Shown here piece by piece: positions 18,498 through 28,564 of a stretch of DNA of 64,000 nucleotides. Made by a program: the position numbers and the translations under genes. The stretch lies in NCBI GenBank assembly GCA_016927475.1, contig JAFGMO010000009.1, forward strand, positions 1,789 through 65,788, in the 5' to 3' direction. The stretch comes from Candidatus Aminicenantes bacterium (GTDB lineage: Bacteria > Acidobacteriota > Aminicenantia > Aminicenantales > Aminicenantaceae). The notes below the pieces were generated by a model. The model worked only from the letters and a program-made list of their open reading frames with translations. It ran no database searches and was not told the DNA's origin. The number at the start of each line of letters is the position of its first letter. Within the stretch, counting starts at the first letter, position 1.

Positions 18498-20531
18498 TCA
18501 AAACATGGTGGTCAGCTTTAAAAACAGCGTGTGTCCTTGTTCGCTTGTTTCACCGAAACCTGCCGTCCCCCTTTGGTAAGCGACTTGAATAAACCCGAAA
18601 GGAGGCAAAAAACGGTAAACGAACAAAAGCTGGATGTTATTTTTTTCGATGGCCGTATGGGATTGGAAAAAAAGCTTCACAAAAAGGTCATTGGTGAAAT
18701 ACTGAGTGGCCCGAACAACATGGATCCAGGTACTTTCCTGTTCGGGATCGGGATCATAGATGAGGCGGTCGAGGGCATATTGCAGAGAAAGATCTTTGGT
18801 TAGCTTGAGATTCAACGCCGCCTCAACCAGTTTGAAACGAAGGTCAAAATTACGACCGAACTCATAAGAAATCCGGACAGACTGCCATTCCCTCGTGTTG
18901 TATCCCAAGCTCACTCCCGTTTGATGATTCCAGAAATCTTTCTCGTATAGTTTGTATTCCCTTGCCACATCAAATTCACAGGACAGCTTATTCGCCAGGT
19001 CAATGGAAAGCTCCTGGTCGATCTGCCAGCTCCTCAGAGTTCCCTCGATACCCCAGTAGATATTATAGTTGGAATCGTAAGACACCCTTTCGATTCCCCA
19101 TTTTTTTATCCAAAATATTTTTTCTACGGCCGAATCCAGCTCACGGCGGTTATCATCTTTAATAAAACCGACGGCATTACCATTGTCGGCAAAATTCCGG
19201 CCCAACTGAGTATATCTTAGATGGATATGGAAGGTTGAAGAATCATAGCTAGGCCGAAGAAAAAAAGCGTAATTATCTTTCTTGAAATCCCCGTAGCTTA
19301 AAGCCATCTGTCCAGTAAAACTAAACCGGTCACTGAAATAAAGGGAAGTATCCAGACCGGCCGTCCCCGAACTTGATCCATCAACAAACTTGTTTGCTAA
19401 AAGCAGTCCCACAGTCGAGGATTTCAGAACATCGCGCTTCAACCGCAAGACCGAAAAATTGGCTGATGCCGTATCCTCATCCCGGTCCGGCCTCGTCTGC
19501 ACGGTCATTCCGGAGAACTCATATCCTCCCGCTTTTCCGTACACCTTGGCACCTCCGTAGATATCACTGATACGGCGCGAGTAGAAGAGGCGTATTCTCT
19601 GGGAATAAATATCCGATCCTTCCAGAAAAAAATTCCGTTTTTCCGGCAGTTGAAGCTCAAACCGGGTCAGATTGATCTCTTCCTGGTCCGCTTCCACCGT
19701 AGCGAAATCCGGATTGATAGTCAGATGCCCGGATACCTGCTGGGAAAAAGCATACTGGGCATCCGCTCCGGCGGAAAATTCGGTTTTTTTCTTTTCTTCA
19801 ATTTTGGTTATAATGTGAGGGATAAAAAGCATCTTCTTTTTGGCACGGGGAAGGTCCAGATCTTCAAGAATTCCGAACTGCTCGACTTTGTAGGGCGATT
19901 CAAAGGGTGCCGTCCAGAAGCTGTATTCCAGGCTACGGGGAATGCTCCGGCCGAGGCTTAAGCCCCATACTCTGTCTTCTCCGGGACTGTATTTTATTGA
20001 GGACAAGGCGATGGAAATTTCGGCCGACCAACCTGTATTCATTCGATGTCCGGCACTCTTCCATATACCATCCCAGGTGTCGTCGTTTGTCCTGCCGTTT
20101 TCGGTGATCCGCCCGTCCCACTGGGTTCCCAAAATATTCGTTCCAAAATAATAGCAGTTTCTTTGGTCGCAAAAGGTATCCAGAAGGACAAAAACGGCAT
20201 CATCTTCCGTGAGGTCCGAATCCCTTTTGGTCAGCTGGCTCGCAAAGCGTCCGGGTTGGGAGTCATAACAGAAAAATCCAAAGGTGATGTATTCTTCATC
20301 ATAAAGAATACGGACCTCCGTTTTTTGGGAAGCGGGTCTCCCCCTTTGGGGTTCGAACTGAACAAAATCTTTGACGACTTGTGCCTTCTTCCAGTCCGGT
20401 TCATCCAATTTCCCGTCGATGATCAACGGCCCTTCAGCCTTGACGGCCTTCGTTCTTTTGGTATCCCCGAACAGGAAGACTGCGGCCGGCAAAAGGATTA
20501 AAATGCCTGTCAACAGCGCTTTTTTTTTCAA
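18498..20531 (-). CDS. CBM9-like domain / DUF5916 protein (probable outer-membrane or secreted carbohydrate-related protein)
   Basis: Signal peptide; IDGKLDEPDW CBM9-like start; INPDFATVEAD..NLTRFE...PEKRNFFLEG DUF5916 signature. Confidence 0.85.
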   Translation of the reverse strand: MKKKALLTGILILLPAAVFLFGDTKRTKAVKAEGPLIIDGKLDEPDWKKAQVVKDFVQFEPQRGRPASQKTEVRILYDEEYITFGFFCYDSQPGRFASQLTKRDSDLTEDDAVFVLLDTFCDQRNCYYFGTNILGTQWDGRITENGRTNDDTWDGIWKSAGHRMNTGWSAEISIALSSIKYSPGEDRVWGLSLGRSIPRSLEYSFWTAPFESPYKVEQFGILEDLDLPRAKKKMLFIPHIITKIEEKKKTEFSAGADAQYAFSQQVSGHLTINPDFATVEADQEEINLTRFELQLPEKRNFFLEGSDIYSQRIRLFYSRRISDIYGGAKVYGKAGGYEFSGMTVQTRPDRDEDTASANFSVLRLKRDVLKSSTVGLLLANKFVDGSSSGTAGLDTSLYFSDRFSFTGQMALSYGDFKKDNYAFFLRPSYDSSTFHIHLRYTQLGRNFADNGNAVGFIKDDNRRELDSAVEKIFWIKKWGIERVSYDSNYNIYWGIEGTLRSWQIDQELSIDLANKLSCEFDVAREYKLYEKDFWNHQTGVSLGYNTREWQSVRISYEFGRNFDLRFKLVEAALNLKLTKDLSLQYALDRLIYDPDPEQESTWIHVVRATQYFTNDLFVKLFFQSHTAIEKNNIQLLFVYRFLPPFGFIQVAYQRGTAGFGETSEQGHTLFLKLTTMF

Positions 20532-20716
20532 GACGGAATTCCAGTTTTTATTTTAAGATTTCCATCATAATATAAAAAACAAGGTTTTGTCTTTAAAAAA
20601 CGTATATTTATCAGATTCCCTTATCTGTTCCGTCAAAAAAATCCGCAGAGACAGGCGATTTGCTTTTGATATACAGGAGTCGAACACATGAATCCGAGAG
20701 AATACCCCAAAAAATG

Positions 20717-23700
20717 TTAAAAATCTTCGGTCTTTTTCATATACACGGGCGCCCAGAGATGGTTCGGATTAAGCCGCAGGCATTCCTGAAATTTTTCCCG
20801 GGCCGTGTTTTTATCCCCTCTTGCCAAATAAATAAGACCGATTAGATATTCCAGCTGGGCCCGGCGTTTTTCCACCGAAAGCCTTTCCCCAAACTTTTCA
20901 AAAAAATCCCGGGAGGGAGAGGCGGCAAGCTGATTTTCGGCAAAAGTGAGCAAACCCGCCAAAATCTTTTGAGAATCCTCTTCCCGCCCTAGTTTTTTTA
21001 AAGCAAGGGCTTTATAATAACTCAGCTCCGACCAGCCGCGGTCGTAAGCGGCCGACAATTTCAGATATTTAAAACCTTCCCCTTTATTTTCCAGGACTAA
21101 TGCGGCACAGGCAATGAAATAGGCAATCTGAGTTTCCCTTCCGCCATGGGGCGGCCGGCCGACTTCCAGGTTATCCGGGTATTCTAAAGCGGCTGAAAAA
21201 TGTTTATGGGCTGCCTTGGTTTCACCCCTGTCAAAAGCGGAAAGCCCGCATAAAAGGTGGGCATCGATAAAAAGATTATGGATGTCTCCTCCGCCCTCCC
21301 AAACATGAAAATGGTGCTCCCTCAAAATTTCCAGGGCCCGGCCGTATCGTCCCATTCTGACCAACAAGGCAATTTCGCGGGAAAGGGCATCATCTCTGAG
21401 ACTGACAACATAATGATTTTTTCCCAACTCCGAAAGTCGTATTTCAGCCGGTACTCCGGCGGCTTCATATAAAATGTCACGTTCGCAGTAAAGCCGCGGG
21501 TCTTCAGGAGCACATTCTACGGCCTGTTCCATGGCCCGGACGGCTTTTCCCAGGTTATTCTGCCTCCGGGCATAATCCAGGGCAAGGTTTCTGTGGACAA
21601 TGGAATAGCCTGGGTCCTCTCTTACCGACACCTCCCATGCTTCGACCGCTTTTTCCGGCTGCATTTCATAGAGAAGATTTCCGATATAATAGGCAGCCCG
21701 GGCATCTCTTGGATTTCGAATAAGAGCATTTTGGAGAATCTCCAGGGATTCCAGCCGGAAAGGAAAACAATAGTCCGGCGAGACTTTTGCTCCCCGCGTA
21801 TAATATTCACAGGCCTTATCCTGTTGCCCCGTTTTTTCCTGAATGAAGCCCAGATAATAAAAGATAAGCGGATGGCAGGATGCATCATTAATCACACCTT
21901 GCGTTTTGCGGACAAGCACGTTTTCGGCCTCTTCCCAGAAACCGCCCCCCATGTAGTCACAGGCAAGTTCCAGATAAGACTGGGGATTATCCCTCATCTT
22001 TTCTTGAAGGCCGGTTAAAAAACGTTGAGCGTTTTGAATGCCCAGGCTTCTGGAAGAAAGATAACACTCATTCCACGCCCAAAAATGGAGTGGATTGTGT
22101 TCCAGGACTTTCCGGGCTGTTTGGTGTGCCTTATCCAAGGCGCCCAATCGCCTGAAAAGTACTGCTTGCAACGTCAAAATCTGCGTATTGAAGCCTGAAG
22201 CCGACAGGGCTTGCCTGCAGCAAAGAAGGGCATCCCGGAATCTATTTTGAGAAGCAGCGAGCTCCGCCGCCTGATAATATGCCGCCGCCGCCCATGCCCC
22301 ATCCCAAGCCGCCTTTTGAAACGAGTCAAAAGCTCCCTGAAAATTACCCCTCATCCTCTGACAACAAGCGGCATAATAGAGGGCTTCTCCGTCCTTGGGA
22401 TGAGTATAATTCCACTGAACACGATTAATGGCTCTATTAAGGACTTCCTCCGCTCTCTGGACCATACCGCTCTGAAGATAATACCTCCCCAAAGCCGTAT
22501 TAACCCTGTAATCATGGGGAGAAATTTTAAGGGCCTTTTCATAATAAGGATATGGATCGAGAATGGGATTAAAAAACTGTTCGAGGCGAAGGCCGGTCAA
22601 ATAGAGTTCTTCTGCGGTATCGATCTCCTCCGGAGATGTCGGTACCGACGCCGGATGCGGAAGTTCCGGATTTACCCTGGGTGAATGGATATAGGCCAGA
22701 ATAATCCTTTTATCCGCCGATAAAAACTGAACACCTACTTGACTCTCGGTAACGTCCAGAGGCAGTGCGATTCTTTTCTGAAAAGGGGTAGAAGGCGAAA
22801 CGGAAACCGTTTCCTCAAAAATAACACGGTCTCCATCCGTCAGCCGGATGACGGCATTGTTACAGAGAGAAGTGGTATTGATACAAACAAGATATTTACC
22901 TCCAGGAAGTATTTCTCCATAAAAGACCGCGTCTCTATTGGCCGCTTTAATTCCCTTCATGTTCCGGATCGGGTACCAGAACTCGGTGAAATTTCTCTCC
23001 TCGAATGGACGAAGCCAGCTGTAATCCGGTTGATTATCCGAATAAGCCCCGACCATGAGCTCCAGATAAGGTCCGTCCTCATCCGTCAGGATTTTCTCCC
23101 ACATCTTTCCTCGCTCCCCTGTTCCCCAGGTCCAGAATTTTTTACCGGGAACGATATAGGGATCTGCCACATGAACCACCCCGGCTCGGCGGATGTGGTC
23201 GTATCCCGCCAGAAAACATCCCCGGCTCTCCCAGGCAAAAAAAGACATGGAAGAGGAATGGTTCTTCCACCAGCTGATGTCTACTCCTGCAGAATAATCC
23301 ACGCCTCGGAATACTTCTCTTGAGATGGGCCAGTGGGAAAACTGATTTTTTCCGTGGTAGGTAGCCAGTTCCGTATCAGGGGGAAAAATCACCTGGTATC
23401 CATCATTGGCATGAACGGAAGCATTGGTCCAGAAGAGAAAAGAATGGGCGAACGGCGTACGGTTAGCCAGCCTGACCTTGACCTCCAGGTACGATTTTCC
23501 AGGATAGAGCGTCAGTCCGACCACCCACTGCATGCGATGTCTTCTCTCTATCTCCCCCACCCAGACAGTAGCGCTGCCGTCAGCATTTTCAGTAATCGTT
23601 GAATCAACTTCCATAAATCCGGATGCCCGGTGATGGTGGGGAAAATTCCATTCCACTCCTCCCGAGATCCAGGCTCCCAACATCCCGATCAAGGCGGGTT

Positions 23701-24082
23701 TGATGACATGCTGCCTGTAAAAAAAATCATAATGATTGGTTTTATCCACCGCTTCAAAAATCCTGCCCCCGATCTCGGGAAGAATACAAATCTTGAGGTA
23801 TTCATTTTCGATATAGACAGCCCGGTAACTTTTCTCCTCCCGTATGTCCGTCAATCTGTCCAGAAAAGGATAGGGATATACGGTTCCCTGGGCACTCTGG
23901 TAAGCACGCCCGTTATAAAAAATAGGATTTTTGTCCGCCTCCTCAACAATATAAGTGGGCAAGATTAAATCTTCCTCCCACACCTTGACTTTTGTTACGG
24001 CCTGAAGCGGCAGGATTGCTCCCGCCATAATAATCAGAAAACAGACTGCCAATTTCAAATTTTGATTCCCGGCAAGCGTCAT
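20717..24082 (-). CDS. DUF5107 domain protein with C-terminal TPR repeats
   Basis: ENEYLKICILPEIGGRI, WISGGVEWN, GKKFWTWG, GPYLELMVG..DNQPD; long helical TPR-like C-terminal half. Confidence 0.85.
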   Translation of the reverse strand: MTLAGNQNLKLAVCFLIIMAGAILPLQAVTKVKVWEEDLILPTYIVEEADKNPIFYNGRAYQSAQGTVYPYPFLDRLTDIREEKSYRAVYIENEYLKICILPEIGGRIFEAVDKTNHYDFFYRQHVIKPALIGMLGAWISGGVEWNFPHHHRASGFMEVDSTITENADGSATVWVGEIERRHRMQWVVGLTLYPGKSYLEVKVRLANRTPFAHSFLFWTNASVHANDGYQVIFPPDTELATYHGKNQFSHWPISREVFRGVDYSAGVDISWWKNHSSSMSFFAWESRGCFLAGYDHIRRAGVVHVADPYIVPGKKFWTWGTGERGKMWEKILTDEDGPYLELMVGAYSDNQPDYSWLRPFEERNFTEFWYPIRNMKGIKAANRDAVFYGEILPGGKYLVCINTTSLCNNAVIRLTDGDRVIFEETVSVSPSTPFQKRIALPLDVTESQVGVQFLSADKRIILAYIHSPRVNPELPHPASVPTSPEEIDTAEELYLTGLRLEQFFNPILDPYPYYEKALKISPHDYRVNTALGRYYLQSGMVQRAEEVLNRAINRVQWNYTHPKDGEALYYAACCQRMRGNFQGAFDSFQKAAWDGAWAAAAYYQAAELAASQNRFRDALLCCRQALSASGFNTQILTLQAVLFRRLGALDKAHQTARKVLEHNPLHFWAWNECYLSSRSLGIQNAQRFLTGLQEKMRDNPQSYLELACDYMGGGFWEEAENVLVRKTQGVINDASCHPLIFYYLGFIQEKTGQQDKACEYYTRGAKVSPDYCFPFRLESLEILQNALIRNPRDARAAYYIGNLLYEMQPEKAVEAWEVSVREDPGYSIVHRNLALDYARRQNNLGKAVRAMEQAVECAPEDPRLYCERDILYEAAGVPAEIRLSELGKNHYVVSLRDDALSREIALLVRMGRYGRALEILREHHFHVWEGGGDIHNLFIDAHLLCGLSAFDRGETKAAHKHFSAALEYPDNLEVGRPPHGGRETQIAYFIACAALVLENKGEGFKYLKLSAAYDRGWSELSYYKALALKKLGREEDSQKILAGLLTFAENQLAASPSRDFFEKFGERLSVEKRRAQLEYLIGLIYLARGDKNTAREKFQECLRLNPNHLWAPVYMKKTEDF

Positions 24083-24443
24083 TTTTTCCTCCTGACATTA
24101 GCCCGGACTTGAACTCGTATATAAGGCAGGTTCATATATCCGGTATTTTAAAAACAAGGGCTTAATGTTTCAAGGGCTGGGTATCAATCCCTACGATTGG
24201 GATTGAGTATTAAGGAACGAGAATAAAGATACCCCAAAGACAAACCGGAGTATGACATGTTTTATTAAAAATATATGCTATTTTTGGAGATACCCACCAA
24301 TATTTGACTTTTTCGATAAATATGCTATAATTAGTATGCTTTGTTTGGCTGGCTGGACAAAGCACCCCTCCTAAAAATTCCCATAGTAAGTATTTTCCCC
24401 TGAATCAGCCAGCATCCTATTTTCATCAATGAAAACTGGTTAT

Positions 24444-24828
24444 CCTGCTTTATTCACGAGCCAAGGGGCTAGGCCGGGTCGGTTGCCGTAGATGCGAGGC
24501 GTCATCCTGTGAAGCTGTGCTTGGCATCGCGAACAGGCTGCAACAAAGCAGATGCGGTTAGATCGGCGGGTTAGGTTGGGTCGGCGCCTGAAAGGTAAAT
24601 TTTGCCAACATTTTCTTAAAATGGTCATGGAAAATGTTTCAGTATAAATGTTGCCAGAAAATATCATTAAATGATACATAATATTATAATTAGCTATTTG
24701 TGTTGGCAAAATTTTTGAATTTTCATGCGCAGACACACCCGCGAACGAAAAAAATGATTGCCTGTAATCCTGGATCACCCGGATGAACCGGGTGATGACT
24801 GGTGTCATTTTTTAGGTAATAATGCAGG
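24444..24828 (+). repeat. Structured non-coding repeat, copy 1 (core ~24444-24720, plus a REP-like hairpin and a second terminus at 24818-24828)
   Basis: Starts CCTGCTTTATTCACGAGCC; shares GAGGCGT..GAAGCTGTGCTTGGCA..GCAACAAAGCAGATGCGG with copies 2 and 3; perfect 14-bp inner IR 24597-24610/24701-24714. Confidence 0.8.
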
Positions 24829-24833
24829 ATATC

Positions 24834-25586
24834 TTATTTTAAAATATATTCGTATACGAGATCTTTGTTTTTTCTTTCAACAAGGACCATGAACCTGGTG
24901 TCATTTCTCAAACGCTGGTAAAGTTCAAACAGATGGGACACATCATTCAGGACGACACCATTAATTTCCTTGACGATATCATTACGTCTCAGGCCGATAT
25001 CGGACAGAATGCTCCGGTTGGGAAGACGCGTAAGCTTAAAACCCACAATACTTCCATCTACCGTATTGGGGATAAAACGGGTTTCCTGCATAATCTGTGC
25101 CCATTCTTTTTGAAGACGGGCTTCCATCTCGGACCTGTTAAATTCCCTCCTGATTGTTTCTTTTTCTTCATTTGGTTTCAAGGGAAGCTCTGCAGCCGGC
25201 TCCGATTGAGAAGCCAACTGATTCCGTGCATTATTCCGGCCGGTTTTTTCTTGTTTAGGTTCCCACCGGTCGCGGCCGAGATAACAGCTGAAAATACGTT
25301 CCCCTTTTCGAAGCTCAACCCTGTTGGTATAGACAGCCACAAGCTCCATCCCTCGGAAGCGGTCTCCTACTTTCAGAATGACAGCTTCTCCGCTGCCACT
25401 GTCCAATAAAATGGCCACGGATGAATCGGCATTCCCGGAAAGAAGAACACCCTGTAAAACAAGCGGAAACTGTCCGGAACCGGAGGGACCCTGAGGATTG
25501 ATGCCGAAAAGAACGGGGGAAGCCAATAACATGCATAAAAATAGGAAAAAATCGGCTTTAAAGAAAATACAAAGAAGCCTTTTCAT
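24834..25586 (-). CDS. gspC: Type II secretion system protein C-like (HR + PDZ domain)
   Basis: N-terminal TM; LQGVLLSG..SVAIL..LKVGD..LVAVYTNRVEL HR domain; GFKL..ILSDIGLRRNDIVKEING PDZ domain. Confidence 0.75.
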   Translation of the reverse strand: MKRLLCIFFKADFFLFLCMLLASPVLFGINPQGPSGSGQFPLVLQGVLLSGNADSSVAILLDSGSGEAVILKVGDRFRGMELVAVYTNRVELRKGERIFSCYLGRDRWEPKQEKTGRNNARNQLASQSEPAAELPLKPNEEKETIRREFNRSEMEARLQKEWAQIMQETRFIPNTVDGSIVGFKLTRLPNRSILSDIGLRRNDIVKEINGVVLNDVSHLFELYQRLRNDTRFMVLVERKNKDLVYEYILK

Positions 25587-25655
25587 AATCTTATATTATA
25601 CACTGATTCAAATGAAGTCAAAACATGCATTTTTTTAGCTTTTCCTGCGCTTTTA

Positions 25656-25684
25656 TTGACAATAAGGTTATCATTCGATAGATT
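25656..25684 (+). promoter_or_regulatory. Putative sigma70 promoter of the lipoprotein gene
   Basis: TTGACA (25656-25661), 17 nt, TAGATT (25679-25684); a repeat-terminus motif CCTGCGCTTTT (25644-25654) abuts the -35. Confidence 0.55.
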
Positions 25685-25747
25685 AAAAACATCAATCATG
25701 TCTGAAACATTCCATTCACCTTGCCGGCAGGCAAAAGAGGGATTATT

Positions 25748-27352
25748 ATGAAAAAAATTTTCATTTTTCTTTGCGTTTTTCTCCTTATGGTTTTTTTCTT
25801 CTCCGGCTGTGACAATGGAAACGGCACATCGGACGCCAACGGAGGTGACGAAAACGGTGGCGACGAAACGCCTCCCGACAATCCCACACCGGTGCTGACA
25901 TCCATCTCCCCCACATCAAAAGTCCAGCATCTGCCCGCTTTTACCTTGACCGCCACCGGAACGGATTTTGTCGACGGCGCCAAGATTTTTTTTGACGGTG
26001 CTGAAAAAGAAACAACTTTCGTCAGCTCCACGGAGCTGACCTGTACCATTGAGCCGGAGGATATCACGGAAACCACGGCGGCGAACGCCTATGCCCCAAT
26101 CGGCATCCTTGATACGGATGTCAACGTTCTTGTCAACAATCCGACACCTGGAGGAGGCGATTCAGGAGAAACAACCTTCACCATCCGCAGCCGCCACAGC
26201 TTCGAAACATTTCAAGAAGTTGATAGTGCTTCAGTACCGGAGATCGCTGTTGACAGTCAGGGAAACATCTACATCGTCTATGAAGATGGAACATACAACA
26301 ATGGTGTGTGGCGTTTTGACGTTTATATCGTTTCTTCAAGTGATGGAGGTGAAACCTGGTCCGATCCGGTCAATGTATCCAATACCCCGGGAAGAAGCTT
26401 TTTTCCCGCAGTGGCTGTAGAGACTTCGGGAAATACATCCCAATCGGGTGAAACATCAGTTTCGGACACGCAGGATACCGTCTATGTCATCTGGAACGAT
26501 GATTCTGGCCGCGGCCAGAGGGATTTCGAGGTCAATATCCGCAGCTCAACGGATGGGGGAGCCACCTGGTCCAATCGTGACGAAATTTCGCACAGCGGGG
26601 GAAAGGGTCATGATAATAGCGTCATCGATATCGCCGTCGGCGGGGACGATACGGTTTATGTCGTCTGGAGCGACGACCGGAACTCAAAATACGGAGAAAT
26701 CTTTTTCACCAAAGCCGCCGGAGGTTCGAGCCTGGGGGCTCAAGGTTTAAGCTGGACCACGCCGAAAAAAATCGCCGCAGAACAAAGCCCCCGGATTTCT
26801 GTCGACGGCAGCAACAACCTTTATGTTGTTTGCGAATTTTATGGGTCCAAATTATGGGATATTGCATTCACCTATTCAACAGACGCCGGACAGAATTGGG
26901 AGAACCAACAAAACGTCAGCAATGCCTCCGACTATGACTTAGACCCCGATATCACAACCGACAGCCAGGGAATCGTCCACATTGTTTGGCAAGACTTAGG
27001 CAGCCCCAATTGGTCGGACGTTATCTATATCCATTCGACGACGGCGGTTACAGCCGAAACGAATTCGCTCTCCTGGATTTCCCCTGTTTATCTTTCCGAC
27101 ACACCGAAGTATGCAGAATATCCCAGACTGGTCTCCGACGCCGCTGATAATATTAACCTTGTCTGGAGTGACAGTTCCGATCACCTTTATTTCATCCGGT
27201 CCATAAACGGGGGGGATACCTGGACACAGAAAGTCAGTATATATGAAGACTACTGCAATGAGAATGCGATAGCGGTGGATAAAGAGGGAAACATCTATGT
27301 TGTCACCGACAGCTGGGACGGCATTTTCATCAAAAGCAAACACTGGGATTGA
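25748..27352 (+). CDS. Lipoprotein with IPT/TIG-like domain and BNR/sialidase-like beta-propeller
   Basis: Lipobox FFSGC after ATG 25748; PVLTSISP..LTATGTDFVDGAKI..FVSSTELTC IPT-like; repeated SSDGGETWS, STDGGATWS, SINGGDTWT Asp-boxes. Confidence 0.75.
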   Translation: MKKIFIFLCVFLLMVFFFSGCDNGNGTSDANGGDENGGDETPPDNPTPVLTSISPTSKVQHLPAFTLTATGTDFVDGAKIFFDGAEKETTFVSSTELTCTIEPEDITETTAANAYAPIGILDTDVNVLVNNPTPGGGDSGETTFTIRSRHSFETFQEVDSASVPEIAVDSQGNIYIVYEDGTYNNGVWRFDVYIVSSSDGGETWSDPVNVSNTPGRSFFPAVAVETSGNTSQSGETSVSDTQDTVYVIWNDDSGRGQRDFEVNIRSSTDGGATWSNRDEISHSGGKGHDNSVIDIAVGGDDTVYVVWSDDRNSKYGEIFFTKAAGGSSLGAQGLSWTTPKKIAAEQSPRISVDGSNNLYVVCEFYGSKLWDIAFTYSTDAGQNWENQQNVSNASDYDLDPDITTDSQGIVHIVWQDLGSPNWSDVIYIHSTTAVTAETNSLSWISPVYLSDTPKYAEYPRLVSDAADNINLVWSDSSDHLYFIRSINGGDTWTQKVSIYEDYCNENAIAVDKEGNIYVVTDSWDGIFIKSKHWD

Positions 27353-27385
27353 TCCTCAGGTTAATGAAATAAAAAAAATTAGACC

Positions 27386-28075
27386 ATGAAAAAGGAAAAC
27401 CGCATATTTGTCGCTCTGGATGTTGATGAAACCCGTTTTAAAGAATTGAGTTTTTCTCTCCAATCGGCCACTCATTTCAAAGTGGGCTTTCCACTATTTC
27501 TCAAGATCGGCCGGAAAGGATTGGATACCCTCAAAAAAAAGGGCAAAAAACTTTTTCTGGATTTTAAATTTTTCGACATCCCTAATACCATGATCGAGTC
27601 CGCCAAATCGATGATCGACCTGGGAGCGGATTTTTTCACCGTCCACCTTTTAGCGGGAAAAGATCACTTAAAAAAAGTGATGGAAGCGGTCCGGGAAAAA
27701 GCGGGAACCAGAGTTAAGGTCCTGGGGGTTACCGTCCTGACTTCTCTGATAGATGACGACCTCAAGGATACCGGTATCAAAAGGAGCCTGGAAGATCAGG
27801 TATTGAAACTCGCCGAACTGGGATTGGCCGCCGGTATCGACGGCGTCGTCTCTTCGGCCAGAGAGCTGTCCCTACTGCACCCACGTTTTGAAGATGCATT
27901 GATTTATGTCACTCCCGGCATTCGTCCTTTCTGGAACCAAAAAGATGACCAGAAACGGGTTTTGGGATTTCATGAGGCCCTTAAGGCGGGGGCCACTTAC
28001 ACCGTCATCGGCCGTCCCATTACCCGTGCCGAAAATCCGGAAGCCGCCTTTAAAAGGATCCTTAAGGAAGGCTAA
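27386..28075 (+). CDS. pyrF: Orotidine-5'-phosphate decarboxylase
   Basis: FVALD, FKVG, DFKFFDIPNT (DxKxxDIPNT), VTVLTS, VTPGIRP, DDQKR, VIGRPIT. Confidence 0.97.
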   Translation: MKKENRIFVALDVDETRFKELSFSLQSATHFKVGFPLFLKIGRKGLDTLKKKGKKLFLDFKFFDIPNTMIESAKSMIDLGADFFTVHLLAGKDHLKKVMEAVREKAGTRVKVLGVTVLTSLIDDDLKDTGIKRSLEDQVLKLAELGLAAGIDGVVSSARELSLLHPRFEDALIYVTPGIRPFWNQKDDQKRVLGFHEALKAGATYTVIGRPITRAENPEAAFKRILKEG

Positions 28076-28178
28076 AGCACGTCATCGGTGAGTTCTTCCC
28101 CATTCATCATCCCTGATCATAAAGAATAAAGCAGGCTTAACCATATTCAAAATGTTTGCAAGAACAGCAGGGGGGAAA

Positions 28179-28254
28179 TGGTGCGCCTGGCAGGATTCGA
28201 ACCTGCGGCTTTCGGTTCCGGAGACCGACGCTCTATCCCCTGAGCTACAGGCGC
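28179..28254 (-). tRNA. tRNA-Arg(CCG)
   Basis: Reverse complement GCGCCTGTAGCTCAGGGGATAGAGCGTCGGTCTCCGGAACCGAAAGCCGCAGGTTCGAATCCTGCCAGGCGCACCA: 7-bp acceptor stem, anticodon stem TCGGT/ACCGA with CCG, TTCGAAT T-loop, encoded CCA. Confidence 0.97.
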
Positions 28255-28327
28255 ATGAAAAAAATTTATTATAGCAGAATCAAAAAAACATGAATAGTGC
28301 AGGCTTAACGAGCTTATTTTTCTCGTG

Positions 28328-28564
28328 TTATTTTATCTTATATTTTTTGATCTTTCCGTTAATCGTCGTGTAATTCAGCCCCAATGTTTTTGCCGCTTTT
28401 TTCTGATTCCCTTCATGATGGACAAGAGCGCGGATGATGATCACTTTCTCCAGGTACTGCATAAATTCACTCAAGGATGTATCTTGCTGGACAAAAAAAT
28501 GATGAATAATTAGGTCGAACCCCTTTTGTAAAATATTATGTTTTTTTATTGTCTCTTTTTCTAT
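28328..28564 (-). CDS. Small Fis-family HTH protein (absent from the ORF track; start codon uncertain)
   Basis: Hand translation: ..SLSEFMQYLEKVIIIRALVHHEGNQKKAAKTLGLNYTTINGKIKKYKIK-TAA (stop 28328-28330). Frame open up to TGA at 28577-28579; in-frame candidates are ATA 28564, TTG 28474, ATG 28462. Confidence 0.75.
   Translation of the reverse strand: MEKETIKKHNILQKGFDLIIHHFFVQQDTSLSEFMQYLEKVIIIRALVHHEGNQKKAAKTLGLNYTTINGKIKKYKIK

Noticed and set aside
24440-24808. 122-aa minus-strand ORF
   Set aside because: Lies entirely within repeat copy 1; the frame is not conserved in copies 2 and 3; no transposase motifs.
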